Shown here: positions 31,880-44,800 of the stretch, in pieces
Position numbering within the stretch: position 1 is the stretch's first letter
Layout: every line of letters starts with the position of its first letter
Assembly (NCBI GenBank): GCA_043228905.1
Contig: JBHGNT010000009.1
Span: 6,014,001 to 6,078,000, forward strand
DNA length: 64,000 bases
DNA from: Azolla caroliniana
Lineage: Eukaryota; Plantae; Polypodiophyta
Direction of reading: 5' to 3'
Position numbers and translations under genes: made by a program
The notes under the pieces: generated by a model
Databases searched by the model: none
Told to the model about the DNA's origin: nothing
The model's input: only the letters and a program-made list of their open reading frames with translations

Positions 31880-34800
31880 TAGCCCTAAGTTCATATAAGT
31901 ATAAATATGACTTAGGGCAATCACTTTTAGATATGTGGTATTGTTGTTGTTGTTGTAACTGTTGTACAATATGAGCGATAGAGAGGGAGAACGAGATACA
32001 AAGCGATACTCTGTTGTAACCATCGCCTGGCGAATAAACCAAGGTCGAGGTCGTTGCCTACAAGTCTCTAATTGTACCCCTTCTCTTCATAGTGATAGTT
32101 CGGAGTCTGTGGGCTCCCGTGGTTTTCCCCTATTAGATTTTTCCACGTAAACATCTTGTGTGCACTCTTTAGTTACCATTTCTGTGTTCTCCATTCTCAT
32201 TTTCTGTGATTCTAGACTCGGTTGTGACTGAGTAACATTCCACGATTCTCAACAAACTGGTATCAGAGCGAACAACACAGGAAATGGAAGAATCATTAGG
32301 CAACATGTTCAAGCTCACCGGTTCCAACTACTCAGTGTGGAAGTCGAAGATGAGGGACATGTTGGTGTTTAAAGATCTTTGGTTGCCAGTTCAGCTCGGG
32401 GACAAGAGACCAGATAAGATCGACGCCACAATGTGGGAGGTGATGCAAATGAAGACGATGGCATACATCCAATGCTTCATCGACATGAGCCTGTACAACT
32501 ACTTCAATGAAGAAAGTAAGGCTCATGACCTCTAGGAGAAGATCGACATCATGCTCATCAACAACGTGGGTTGTTGATTCAGGAGCGTCGTTCCACCTTG
32601 CCCCGGACCGGAAATGCTTCTCATCCTACGCAACTGGTGAGCAAGGATGTGTCCGAATGGGGAATGAAGGTACATGCCAAATTATCGGCATAGGAGACAT
32701 GTGGTTTATGACTCCAACCCGATGCAAGTTGTTGTTGAAGGATGTCTGACACGTTTCGGAGGTTCGACTGAACCTAATATCAGTCGGTCAGCTAGATGAT
32801 GAAGGCTACACGGGTAGCATCGGGAACGAAGTCATGAAGTTCAGCAAGGGGAGCCTAACAGTGACTGGGGCCCGAAAATTCAACACATTGTCCCTGATGA
32901 ATGCCCGGCTATGCCAGGAAGAAGAAGTGAACATGGCTTCCGACACTGCTGGTGAGTTGTGGCACAAAAGACTGTGTCACATGAGTGAGAAGGGGATGAC
33001 GAGGCTTCCCGAAGACAACCTCATTTCGGTGAAGGACGTGCAACTTGAGAAGTGCACTGATTGCTTGGCCGACAAACAAAACTGAACCTTCTTCCGGTCA
33101 AGACCACCAATGAGACAAAATGCACCACTAGAGTTGGTGCATACCGATGTGTGTCAAGTGGACACGAAGTCACATGCTGGATCGCAGTACTTCATGACGT
33201 TCATAGACGACCACAACCGGAAGTTGTGGGTCTCACCGTTGAAGACAAAGGATCAGGTGCTATCCGTCTTCAAGGAGCTCCACGCGAGAGTGGAAAGAGA
33301 AACCGGTCAGAAGCTGAAGGCGGTTCTAGCAGATAACAGAGGAGAATACCGGGGGCAGTTCAAGGAGTACTGCTAGTCGAAGGGAATCCGGGTCGAATTC
33401 ACTGTGCCAAAGACGCCAGAACTAAACGGGCTGGCTGAAAGGATGAATCGAACCATAATGGAGAGAGTCCAAAGCATGCTAGCACATGCAATGTTACCAA
33501 AGACGTTTTCGGCTGAGGCGCTAATGGCGGCGACCTACCTGATAAATAGATCACCCTCAGTACCCTCGGGAGGAGACTCACCTAAGAAAGTATGGACCGG
33601 TAAAGATGTGTCTTACCAGCATCTGAAGGTGTTCGGGTGTCTCGCTTACGTGCATGTGGCGAAGGACAAGAGAGCAAAGCTGCATCCGAAGTCTCGGCCA
33701 TGCATATTCCTTGGATATGGCAATGATGAGTTCGGTTACCGGGTGTGGGATCTGGCCAACAAGAAGGTGTTTCGGAGTCGGGACATAGTCTTCATGGAAG
33801 ACATGACCATTCTCGACTAGGAGTCGGAGAAGAAGAAGATGAACTCCGGATCATCCAATGAAAACCGGCTTGAGGACACAAGGATATACCCGGTTGAAAA
33901 CCGGATGTTAGCCGGTAACCGGATGACACTCGACGAACCGGCCGGATACGGACAGGAAACCGAACTGACCGAAGAAGAAGAAGAAGAAGACACTGGCACC
34001 GGACAAGATCCCGAATCGGATTCGGATGACGAACAAATAGAGGAACTAGTAGTCAGAAGTCAAGGATGGAGATATCCTCTCCGAGAGAGAAGAGCCCCCC
34101 GGAGATTTCCGGATGCAAAGCATGTGTTGCTAATCGATGAGGTGGAGCCGGAAAGCCTCAAAGAAGCAAAGAGAGACACCCACAGCCGCAAGTGGTTGAG
34201 TGCCATGCAGGATGAGATGGATTCACTACATGAGAACCACACATCTGAACTGACAGAGTTGCCAAAAGGGAAGAGGGCACTCCGGAACAAGTGGGTGTAC
34301 AAGCTGAAACCGGGAGACGCCGGGAATCCAACAAAGTATAAGGCCCGAATCGTGGTGAAGGGATTCCAGCAGAAGAAAGGAGTGGATTTCGACGGGATCT
34401 TTGCCCCGGTAGTAAAGATGACTTCCATCCAAACGGTGTTGAGCATAGCGGCAAGGATGGACCTCGAGGTAGAGCAATTGGACGTCAAGACAACATTCCT
34501 ACATGGCGACCTCGAAGACGAGATTTACATACACCAACTAGAAGGATTTGAGAGGAAAGGGAAGGAGCACCTGGTGTGCCGGCTGAAGAAGAGCCTATAC
34601 GGACTGAAACAAGCCTCCCGACAATAGAACCGGAAGTTCGACTCCTTCATGAATGACCAAGGGTACCACAAAACACAAGCCGATCACTGTGTGTTTGTGA
34701 AGAAATTTGACAGAGGAGATTTTCTGATACTCCTCCTACATGTGGATGATATGTTGATCGTCAGACGAGACGAAAGCAAGATTCGGATGCTGAAGAAGGC

Positions 34801-35800
34801 TCTGAATCGAACCTTCTCAATGAAAGACTTGGGTTCGGCAAGACAGATATTGGGAATGCACATCATCCGGGACCGATCGAAGAAGCTAGTGTGGTTATCA
34901 CAGGGGAAGTACATGACAAAGGTGCTTCAACGCTTCAACATGTCAGAGGCGAAACCGGTCGGATCGACACTTCCGGAAAACTGCAAGCTATCCGGAAAGC
35001 AGAGTCTGAGGACAAAGGCAAAGAAGGCGGATATGATGAAGATACCATATGCCTCTGTCATCAGGAGCTTGATGTACGCAATGGTGTGTACCCGACCGGA
35101 TATCGGATATGCAATCGGAGTGGTGAGTCGTTTCTTGAGCAACCCCGAAAGAGAGCACTGGAACGCGATCAAGTGGATACTCCAGTATTTGAAAGGCACC
35201 TCGAGCATGTCCCTCCGATTCGGCTTCGGTAAACCCCAACTCGACGGATTCATGGATTTAGACATGTCGGCTGATGCGGATACCAGTCGTTCCACATCCG
35301 GTTATGTCATGACTTATGCAGGGGAGCTGTTTCGTGGCAGTCGAGGTTGCAGAAGACGGTTGCATTGTCAACCACGGAGGTGGAGTACATGGCAGTTGTA
35401 GAAGCTGGCAAGGAGATAATTTGGATGAAGGACTTCATCGGGGAGCTCGTGATCCAACAGGAGGAATACCGGCTCTACTGTGATAGTCAAAGCGTCATCC
35501 ACCTTGCAAAGAACACCACCTACCATTCCCGGAAGAAACATATCTAGCGGAGGTACCACTGGATCCGGGAGAGAGTAGAAGATCAAGAGTTCGTGTTGAC
35601 GAAGATCCACACGGAGGAGAACGGGTCGGACATGCTGACCAAGGTCCTGACAACCGACAAGCTAGTTTTTCCCTAGTAGGGTTTTCCACGTAAACATCTT
35701 GTGTTTGAAACTCTTTAGTTCCCATTTCTGTGTTCTCCATTCTCATTTTCTATTATTCTAGACTCGGTTGTGGCCGAGTAACATTCCGCGATTCTCAACA
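31880..35800 (+). mobile_element. Element E: decayed Tnt1/Tork-like Ty1/copia with partial LTRs (31880-32254 and 35665-35800)
   Basis: PBS TGGTATCAGAGC at 32258-32269. Both LTR pieces end GATTCTCAACA. pol is close to that of F. Deletions in gag and across the PPT/U3. Confidence 0.9.
32284..35664 (+). pseudogene. pol: Element E gag-pol pseudogene
   Basis: NYSVWKSKM, WVVDSGASFH, LWHKRLCH, ELNGLAER, YKARIVVKGF, HVDDML, LYCDSQS; many stops. Confidence 0.9.
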
Positions 35801-36404
35801 TTGTCTACTTTTGAAAACCGCCTCTAACTTACTATCTTTCATTTATTACTATAGTTGACTTAACAACATTAGTTTATTTGGATTAGTATTTTATTTTCTA
35901 AGCAGTATGTGTCAAAAACATCACGATATCACCAAAAGATGTTGAGAAAATGCTCGCGTGCATGTGCTACTTGAGCGGGACCACCGGGGTCTCGGACTGA
36001 GGAGGACGTTAGATGACCTTAAAAGAAAATGATGTGGATGTTTGAGTCGAAGAAGACAATGTCACACTTGAAAAGATTAAGAAAATTGATGCACTTGAGA
36101 GAAGATGTTTAATTAGAAAAAGATAAATGAGCGTATTATATTAATGATGGTGGTGATGGTGATATCACATATTGAGCCCCCCCTTTACACAAGCCTTACG
36201 AGGGTTTTTATAAGTCTATCCATGCTTCTAACATGCACAAAACCATGGGCTTCGACCCATGGTTTTTGGGCACACGGTTTTTCTTGTGGCATGCACAAAA
36301 CCATGGGCTTCGAACATGGTTTTGTGTAGACAGTTTTGTACGGTTGTTTTCCTATGCTTTTTTGAATATGAAAAGAAATACATAACATTTAAAGTACTTG
36401 GTAG

Positions 36405-36462
36405 TAGCCCTAATGGTAAGATAAATATCCTCTATCTTGGAGGTGCAAGGTTCAAATCTTGC
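36405..36462 (+). other. tRNA-derived (SINE-head-like) A-box/B-box segment
   Basis: TAGCCCTAATGGTAAG ... GCAAGGTTCAAATCTTGC with tRNA-like spacing. No full cloverleaf. Confidence 0.45.
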
Positions 36463-36589
36463 TTGCATCCCTCTATATGCACTCGAATGCCACTAGGCCC
36501 TAGGATAATTTTCATACTTATAATCGTTTGTGTAATGTGCGTGGAACTACACTATTTCACAATTTCTCCCATTGGACACGCAACATCAC

Positions 36590-39500
36590 AACACCACCAT
36601 ATTCGATGGAACTCTGGGTTGTCCCATAGAGCGTGTCGTATTGATTCTACTACATTTGGACACGCTACACAATTAAGAGAGCTGAGGTTCCCACACTGCC
36701 ATGCACCAACCGGTAGTGACCTATGTATTAATAGCCATTGGAAAGTGGTGATTCGCCCTCGCGTGTTGTTTCCAGAGTTTCTGCCAAAACTTGGTGATAA
36801 TTGTGTAAGGAACATGATATGTTTTCCAGACCTTTCCAGCAGCCAGATTGAGCGGCTATAATATGACGACCCAATCTAGTTTTGAATTGAAAGAAAGGGA
36901 TAGGTTTGCTTCCTTGACCCGCGTAAGGATCACACCATGTCCATTGCAAAGGGTCCCAACAGCCCTTATGTAGCCATGTGTTTTGATGAGTACATATGTG
37001 CCAATCTAGTTGTACTTTGATTGGATCAGGATCTACAATCCATTTATGCCCAGTATATGCTAGTACTCGAATTGCCTTATGTTGTGTTGATGTCTCGTTG
37101 TCCTGCAGTTCAGAGCCTTCGATCCTGTCCGATGTGTCCCTAACTCTTGGGAGCAAAGAGCCCTCCTCCTTGTAACCTATCCATTTCTCCATTGTCGTCC
37201 TTTGATGAGCATCTTCCCTAATCAGTAGAGCGTTAATGATTTCAAATCTCATAGCCCATCTACCCCTGATTCCATGGAGGATGTTGGCTTGGTCTTGTAT
37301 TGGCAATGACATAAACCGTCTCCAACATTCTATACTTTTTCTTGGACCTTCCAACATGTATCCCCATGACAACCCCTTGCTTGATCCAATTAGTTGATTA
37401 GATTCATCCCTAATACATGGGTTCCAAAGGATACGTTGACTGAGCCAGGCAAGTTCGGAATTGGGTTGATCGGACTTGAGTCCTCTTCTAATGTCACACC
37501 ACGCCTTCCACATGGATGCACTAAATCTATCCTCTAGTTGGCGGGAGAAACTAGGTTTGAGATCTATGTTTAGAATCCATCCAGTTCGGGGGGCCCAATT
37601 GGTCCCCTTTTGTGGCCTAAAGTAAGCGAAGTGTAACCGCAATAGCATTTTCCAGCAGTCATTACCTGGTTGGAGTCCTCGCACCACAAATTTGGCGAGT
37701 AGGGCTTTTGATTGTGAGAGGGGATCAATAAGATGATGTGAGTATAGGCCACGCCACCTTGGCCCGAGTTGCATGATCTTCCTTACCAAACCAAATGTAA
37801 TTGCATACCAGTCGCTGAATCTGGTGTATATTTCCTTGGAGATTGTCCAGCATGATCGGTTGTACCATGTTGTCGCGAGTAATACCTGGTTTGCCACTAT
37901 GATGCATCGCGCTAGGGAGAGATTTTTTGAACTCCAATGTATTAACTTTTGTCGTATGGAGTGAATAACTGGTGTAATCATAGTTTCCTGAGGTATGTTG
38001 AACCCAATTTGGAAACCCAAATATTTGGTGCTCTCTCCTTGGTTGATCCACTTGAAAGCAGGATCTGGGTACCACGCAAGATGTGCATCATGAGAGAGCC
38101 ATATTGCACAGGATTTGTGCCAATTGATCATGGCATTGGATCTCTTGCAAAATACGTCTAGACCACTTTCTAGCTTTTGTAAATTTTCCAAGCCGCCTTG
38201 CAAGTAGACCACGGTGTCATTTGCAAATTCTATATCTAGGAGGCTTTGGTGAGAATGCGGCACAGGAAGACCATGTAAGCTTACATGCTGCGAGTTGAGA
38301 AAGCTAGAGAGTGCTTCAGCATAGAATAGAAATAAGGATGGAGCTAGTGGGCAACCCTATCGTACAGGCCGCGATACTAGTGAAACACAGATGGTGGTGT
38401 TCCTATAAAGTCCTGCAATGCCTTTGATCCATGATTCGTGAAAGCCGAGTTTCCCCATCACACTTTCTAGAAATTTCCAGCATACCCGGTCATATGCTTT
38501 CTCAAAATCTACGAGCACCACAGCTACCTTGTTGTTGGTACGCTTGGTAAGGGCTACTGCTTCCCAAAATGAGAGGAGATTGTCTAGGATGCTCTGATTT
38601 CTAACAAAACCTGTCTGGGACGGATGAATGAGCTGAGGGAGAAGTGGTGGTAAGCGGCGTGCCACAATTTTTGCGAGCAACTTATAGACAATATTGAGGA
38701 GAGTTATAGGCTGCCACTTACCAATGTCATTGGCACTCCCACCACTTTTAGGAATGAGATGTATCATCCCTTGTCCAAATTCCTCTAGCATGTTTCCAGA
38801 GGTGATGATCTCCTCATATGCCTAGACAAGGTCTTCTTTAATACTGCACCAAAGGCACGTGAAAAAATGAGGGGTGGGGTCATCGATTCTGGGGCAGCTA
38901 TATGCATCCAAAACAAAGAGGGCCTCCCATATCTCGATGATCGATAGGGGACGCACGAGCCATGTATTCATTTCTATCGTGACTTTCTCAGGTATGCTCT
39001 GGAGGATACTACCTTCTCTTATGTCTTCCCCTTTGGCCAAATTATCTTCATTAAGTAGTCGCTTAAAATAACTTGTGGCAATATTCCTCATTTCAACACC
39101 ATCCTCCGTGGTTGTTCAATCCGCTCGGTTGAGGCTGCACATCATTGTTCTAGCGTGTCTTGGTTCCTTGGATCGGAAGAATTCCTTCGTGGTTTTGTCC
39201 CCTACTTGAATCCATCAAGTCATGCTTCCATGAAACTCCATGTCATAGATTGCCTTTTCTACCATGATCAGTTCATGTTTGGCCATGGCAACTTGTCCCA
39301 CGATTCAACTACATGTCGGGTATCATTGTTGGAGTCGTTGTAAGGATATTTGTCCCCGTTTTGTCCTTTGTCACTTTTCCTGAGCATCCTTACTTCTAGT
39401 CTTGACAATCTCGTGTAGTAGAGTTGAAGCTCTTAATAATTTAGCTAGAAGTTTGTCAGATGCTAATGAGGCATTGACGGGTAGTGATCATTGGTTGGCG

Positions 39501-41190
39501 AGTTATTCCTTCACCTCTATAATTGTGTAGATAGTGTGTGGGATTCAAGGTTGGAATGAGCCGCACTTTCGGTGCAAGTGAAAGTGACCGATTACCGGGT
39601 AATGGTCGGAGAAAGTCGTGACTGGAGTTATGCAACACCACCTTCCCTTCCCTTCTAGGGCCTCGCCTACACAAAGACGATCTATGCGAGATAGAGTGGG
39701 TCCACTATTTCACCCATCTAATCGGGAGAATAAGAGAGAGTCCCTTTTTCGTTGGAAGTTGTCAGAATGCCATATATCTCGCAAGTTAAGGTGTACACAT
39801 AACTTCTCCCATTGTTTACGTTCCCTTCCTTGTAGGACTTTGGGATTGTTGTTAGAGCTATCATGGATGGATTCGATCATATGAAAATCCCTTGCAATGC
39901 ACCACTCCTCCACACCCGCTACTTGTTGGCGAATGCACTCCCAAAATGTTGCCCGTTCTGTGCTACTATTTGGAGCATAAACATTCATGAAATTCCAATG
40001 CTGCCCATGGATGGCCAACGTGCAGAAATGTGCCCTTCTAGGTATTAGTGATTCCTGGTGTATTAAACCTTGGGCTAGATTTTCCCGAATCAAAGTGCAA
40101 ATACCACCATGATTTCCATCCTCCCCTATTGCTGGCTCCCAAATTGTTCGCCATGATCCTGGTAAAAGATCTCTGACTTCCTTTAAACAAGTACTATCAA
40201 GGTGGTGTTCCTGCAACATGATGATGTCAATAGCACCCCCTAATATATATTCCCCAAGATCTCTTCTCAGTTTCCATCTGTTTTGCTGGTCTAGTCGACT
40301 CATGAGCCCTTGCACGTTCCACGTTACAATCTTCATAATCATGGAATGGAGTGGGAGATTTGTGCCTGATGCTTTGCACAACATGTCGTGAATGGGGAGC
40401 ACTCACCATTTAGACAGCCAGTCATTTCCATTGATGGAATGATGGTCCACATCCATGAGTGGAGTTTGTGGGCTATCCTGTGAGCTTCAATCGCCCCTTC
40501 ATGTTTCTCATAGAAATAGAAAAAGCTTGGAGTTAGTTGGGTGTCTATGATAGTCCTTAGGTGGATGTCGCAGAGACGAGGTTCCTCTTCATCCATGGTG
40601 CACCAGAATTCAATGTTATGCCAATGCTGCTTTAGTTCGTTCATGAGGTCTTCATCACTTATTTTTGCTACAAAGCAATGCTACTTGGCTAAATAGCGTA
40701 TCTTTAATCTTGGATTTCGACCAATCTTCTTGTGTCGGAAGCAAGAGTGGAAAGGAGATTGAGGTCGTCGGAACTCCGTTATTGTGTACTATTGATAAAT
40801 GTACCCTTATTTTTTCCACTGTATTGTGCCCAATACCTAGCCATTTCAAGGCGTTTTGCGGGTGTGGTTCAAGGTCTTGGTTAGAGGAATCACACTCATT
40901 TGTGTTCGGGAAGACTATGATATGACGCGTGACATTCAAACTTCTGCCTTGGTTTGTTGCTTCTACATTGGGTCCCGTTCCACTCAAGCTCCGTATTAAG
41001 GTCTTAACATTACTTATCCTTCTTCGCTTCCTTGTTTTGTAAGCTTTAACGAGAACTTTCTCTTGTGTGCTTGGTGTCACCTTAGGCCGTTCCTTGGGGC
41101 TTAAGAAAGAACTAGAGGAATGCTCATCCGTAGGGGGGAGGTCTTGTAGTTGATCAAATCGATTGGGGCTCATTGGCGATGGAGGATTTT
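36590..41190 (-). mobile_element. Decayed L1-like LINE (ORF1 3' half, APE endonuclease, RT, zf-RVT), truncated at both ends
   Basis: MKIVTWNVQGL..LQEH..NVYAPN (39710-40402); LIPK..WQPITLLN..DFEKAYDRV (38357-38791); FANDT, KYLG; C..C..ESIRHALW. Confidence 0.92.
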
Positions 41191-41701
41191 GTTGTAACGA
41201 TCATTAAAGGAGCAATGATTAGACAAGTTGTCGGCATCCCCTAAAAGATGAATTAAAATGACAATTCAATCGATTTCAAATGACAACAACTTGTGATTTC
41301 CAACAATGTGTAAATTTCTAATGATGAATCGAGGATGGCGTTCAGTCTCAAGTCTTGAAGTCGTAATCTAGACCGAATTTCCATCTTTATGTTCCCTCCA
41401 TTGAATTCTTATATTGTCAACCTCAAAGTTCGATTTCCTGAGAAATCTTGGACACAGAGTTGACCTCAAGTAGTTTTACCGAATTGTTTGAAACAAGTTA
41501 AAGATTTTTTTAAATATTTCGAATTTATTACAAGTGTACAACCATATTGATATGATAGGCAATATTTGCTTAAATACAAGGGCAAAGCAATGACGAGAAA
41601 ATGAAATCTAATAAAGTTGAAGTGTCAAACTTTTGCAGTGCTTATCAAAAGTATCCTTGGTTCACCAAATTACTTTCGAACATGAGCTAAGTAGTAGGGA
41701 T

Positions 41702-41883
41702 TCATGATTCAAGTAGTTGACTTAGTTGATTAAACAATAATATATTACATGCTTCTGAAGGATGAAATGCATCCCAAAACACATAATCTGATCTATCTGG
41801 ACATGGTTGAATTATTGGTAGGCACAACATTCTCCCATTAAATCTTCCACCGCCACAGCAAGCCCGATGACCAAACTTAAAAC
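41702..41883 (-). CDS. GDSL lipase exon 5
   Basis: [33 protein letters not shown]..stop. Confidence 0.93.
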
Positions 41884-44800
41884 CTACAACAGTAATTTAA
41901 CAACAAAATCCCAATTTAGGATTCAAAATCAACACTTGAATATACTCTCCAAAAAAATGGCTACTCCAACAAAACATGAACATGTAATGGATTTATTTTG
42001 AAACTTGACAAGTAATATCCAATATCATTAAGGTGACACATGTTATTACACCAAGTGGTAGCTAAGATAGTGCAAATATATGAATTTAACAAATATATCT
42101 CCTCCTTAATATGCATATTTGTTCAAGTCAAGCCTTATTACATAAAATATTGGTATGTGAATTACTCCTTCAGAAATGTGTGAAGTGTGAACCATTTAAG
42201 ATCATGTGCAAACACCTCATGTAATTTCACTAAAATACTTCTGATTTTTCTAAATTTTGCATTACAAATAGTTATCGTGGTCAATGCTTTGAATGAAGAA
42301 CTTATTCTAATAAATACATAACTAGCTAAACCTAGAAAATACACAGACACCTGTCTCGAAATTAAAGCTCATGTATAGTGAATTAAGAGAACAACAAGGG
42401 AAACATACCATATTTTGTGGGGTTGTTGCAATATTCGAGAATTGGGTCGAAGCTATTCACATATATGAACTTGCTATCATGAAATTGAGAATTTAAGTGG
42501 GAAATCAATAATTTTAGGCCCACATTGTAATTTATTGCAAGATTGTTTTCAAAGTCAATACATTCTCCATTAACGCTTTTTACTGCTAATTGTGATGGAC
42601 TACAACCAATAGGCCCGATGTCGGTTACGAAAATTTGCTTCGCTCCCAAGTTGTATAATTGCTTGAATAACGAATGGCAACAAAATAAAGTTAATAATGA
42701 GAATTATAGATTTTTAAAATAGTGCATTGAAATCTAGAATGAAAACCATGAATTTCCTTTGTGGTATAAAGTATAGTTTAAGATATAATTTGTTTTATAG
42801 GTACTATAGAAAACACTTGTCTTTAAAAGAAGTTCATACCCTATATGATATATACATACATACATATATACATATTACAAACACATACATACATACATAC
42901 ATATTATATATATATACATACATACATAGCATGTCATGCACTTCTAAGTCAAATTTAGCCAAGTTTCTTACCAACCTATGGGAAATCTAAGTTGGTTGTG
43001 TGTTTACACATTTACATGATATGATGTGAATAACTTTAAATAGTTGTTAGTTCACAACGATAATGTAGTTTGTACAATCCACCATCATGATTTGTATGGA
43101 TCAACTACAGAAAGAAGTTTGTCATTTAGTTTAATAAATAAGAAGAAGAATCATGGCAAAACACAAAACAATAGTTAATTCCAAAACATAGAGTATATGA
43201 GCTAATCAATTAGGAGTACAAATTCACTTGACATTTTATGTTTTGATAGCATGGTAAATTATTGTATATGTGTGTACATTGTCTCTCACACACAATATAC
43301 TAAAATGAAATAAAGATGGATTACCACTAGTTGTGTTGAAAACTTGTCCAAGAGGAGCTCTTGAAATTGTTCCGGTGTGTATGCAAGACTTGTAGGAGAA
43401 CCTTTCAAAAGGTAGTTGTTGACATAATCGTTGGCACCAATAGTAACCAAGAAGAGAGATTTGGAAATAAGTTCTTGGGATGCCGATGTGCCAATCAGTG
43501 ATTGAATCTCTTGTATTTTGTTTGAGGCCCACGCCAATTGTGTGTCCAAATCTACTCGGCCAATCTACAAGTAGGATGTAAAATACACATTGCAACATTA
43601 TAATGGAAACTTAAACTTTGTTTAGTAGGTGAAATTGTCTTAGCACAAGTACACATTGTGTTTCATGAATACTATTTCAACGGCATTTTAAGTTCTCAAC
43701 AACTTTATATTGATTCATGTTATTTTAATCTAGAAAAGATGGATATAGAGCTTCAAGCATCTTTATGCAAATGACAAGGTTTTTTTCTACCCCATCGCCA
43801 CAATGAACATGGAATCATATTGATAGACCATAAAACATTTAGGACACTAACAAATTCCATGAGTATTTTGATTTGTTCACGAAATTATAATTTGCAAGAC
43901 AAATTAAGAGGAGATTGTGTCTCCAACACAATATTAACTCATGAAGGTCCCACTTGGAAAAAAGCTACGATTCAAGGGTCTTCCACAAATCTAATGTTGA
44001 ATTTTATATACTTGTCAAGCATATACAAAGGTCCTCGATTGGAAGTTTGGCACAATGAATACAGAAGTTAGAACAAATGTTCTATCAAAATATATCCATA
44101 ACTTCTGACTATTTTTGTTGCAAACATCTTCGCAACCAAGAAGTATAATATGTAGTTGTAAATTAATATTGGATTAGTTGAGGGCTCACTTTTTCATATT
44201 TACTTTTATCTCTATAATTTTCCTGAAATATGTAGTTTCTGTCAAGTGTCATATACTACAATTGATGACTATAAATTTGGTGTTTCTCCCATATGAGGGT
44301 TGAGGAACTCGAGTCATTTGATAATATGTTCTCATCATGATTTCCCTTCTACCCTATCCATCATTTGAATCTTCAATGCAACCCTATATTGTTCTAAACA
44401 ATAAATTTGTGCAACTAAACTATGTAGTTTCCTTCAATTGTCATATACTACATTCTACAACGAATGACTATAAATCTGTTATTTCTCCCATATGAGGGTA
44501 GAGGAACTCAAGTCATTTGATAATATGTTTTTCATCATGATTTCCCATCTACTCTAACCATCATTTGAATCTTTAATGCAACCCTAAATTGTTCTAAACA
44601 ATAAATTTGTGAAACTATGGCCAATAGATGAGCTCGATACGGAGTCCCACCCAAGCTGGCTTGCCATTCGGAGGACAGGGTCGCGAACTCCATCTTGTGG
44701 GCATGGTGCCATCTACGACAGCATTTGGTCAAGCACACCCCAGAGACATTGACCGAATGGACTAGACAACCACTATTTTGGAATCCTCATGTGCGAACAA

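Noticed and set aside
42727-42990. 87-aa ORF in GDSL intron 3
   Set aside because: It is a translation of an (ATAC)n/(AT)n microsatellite.
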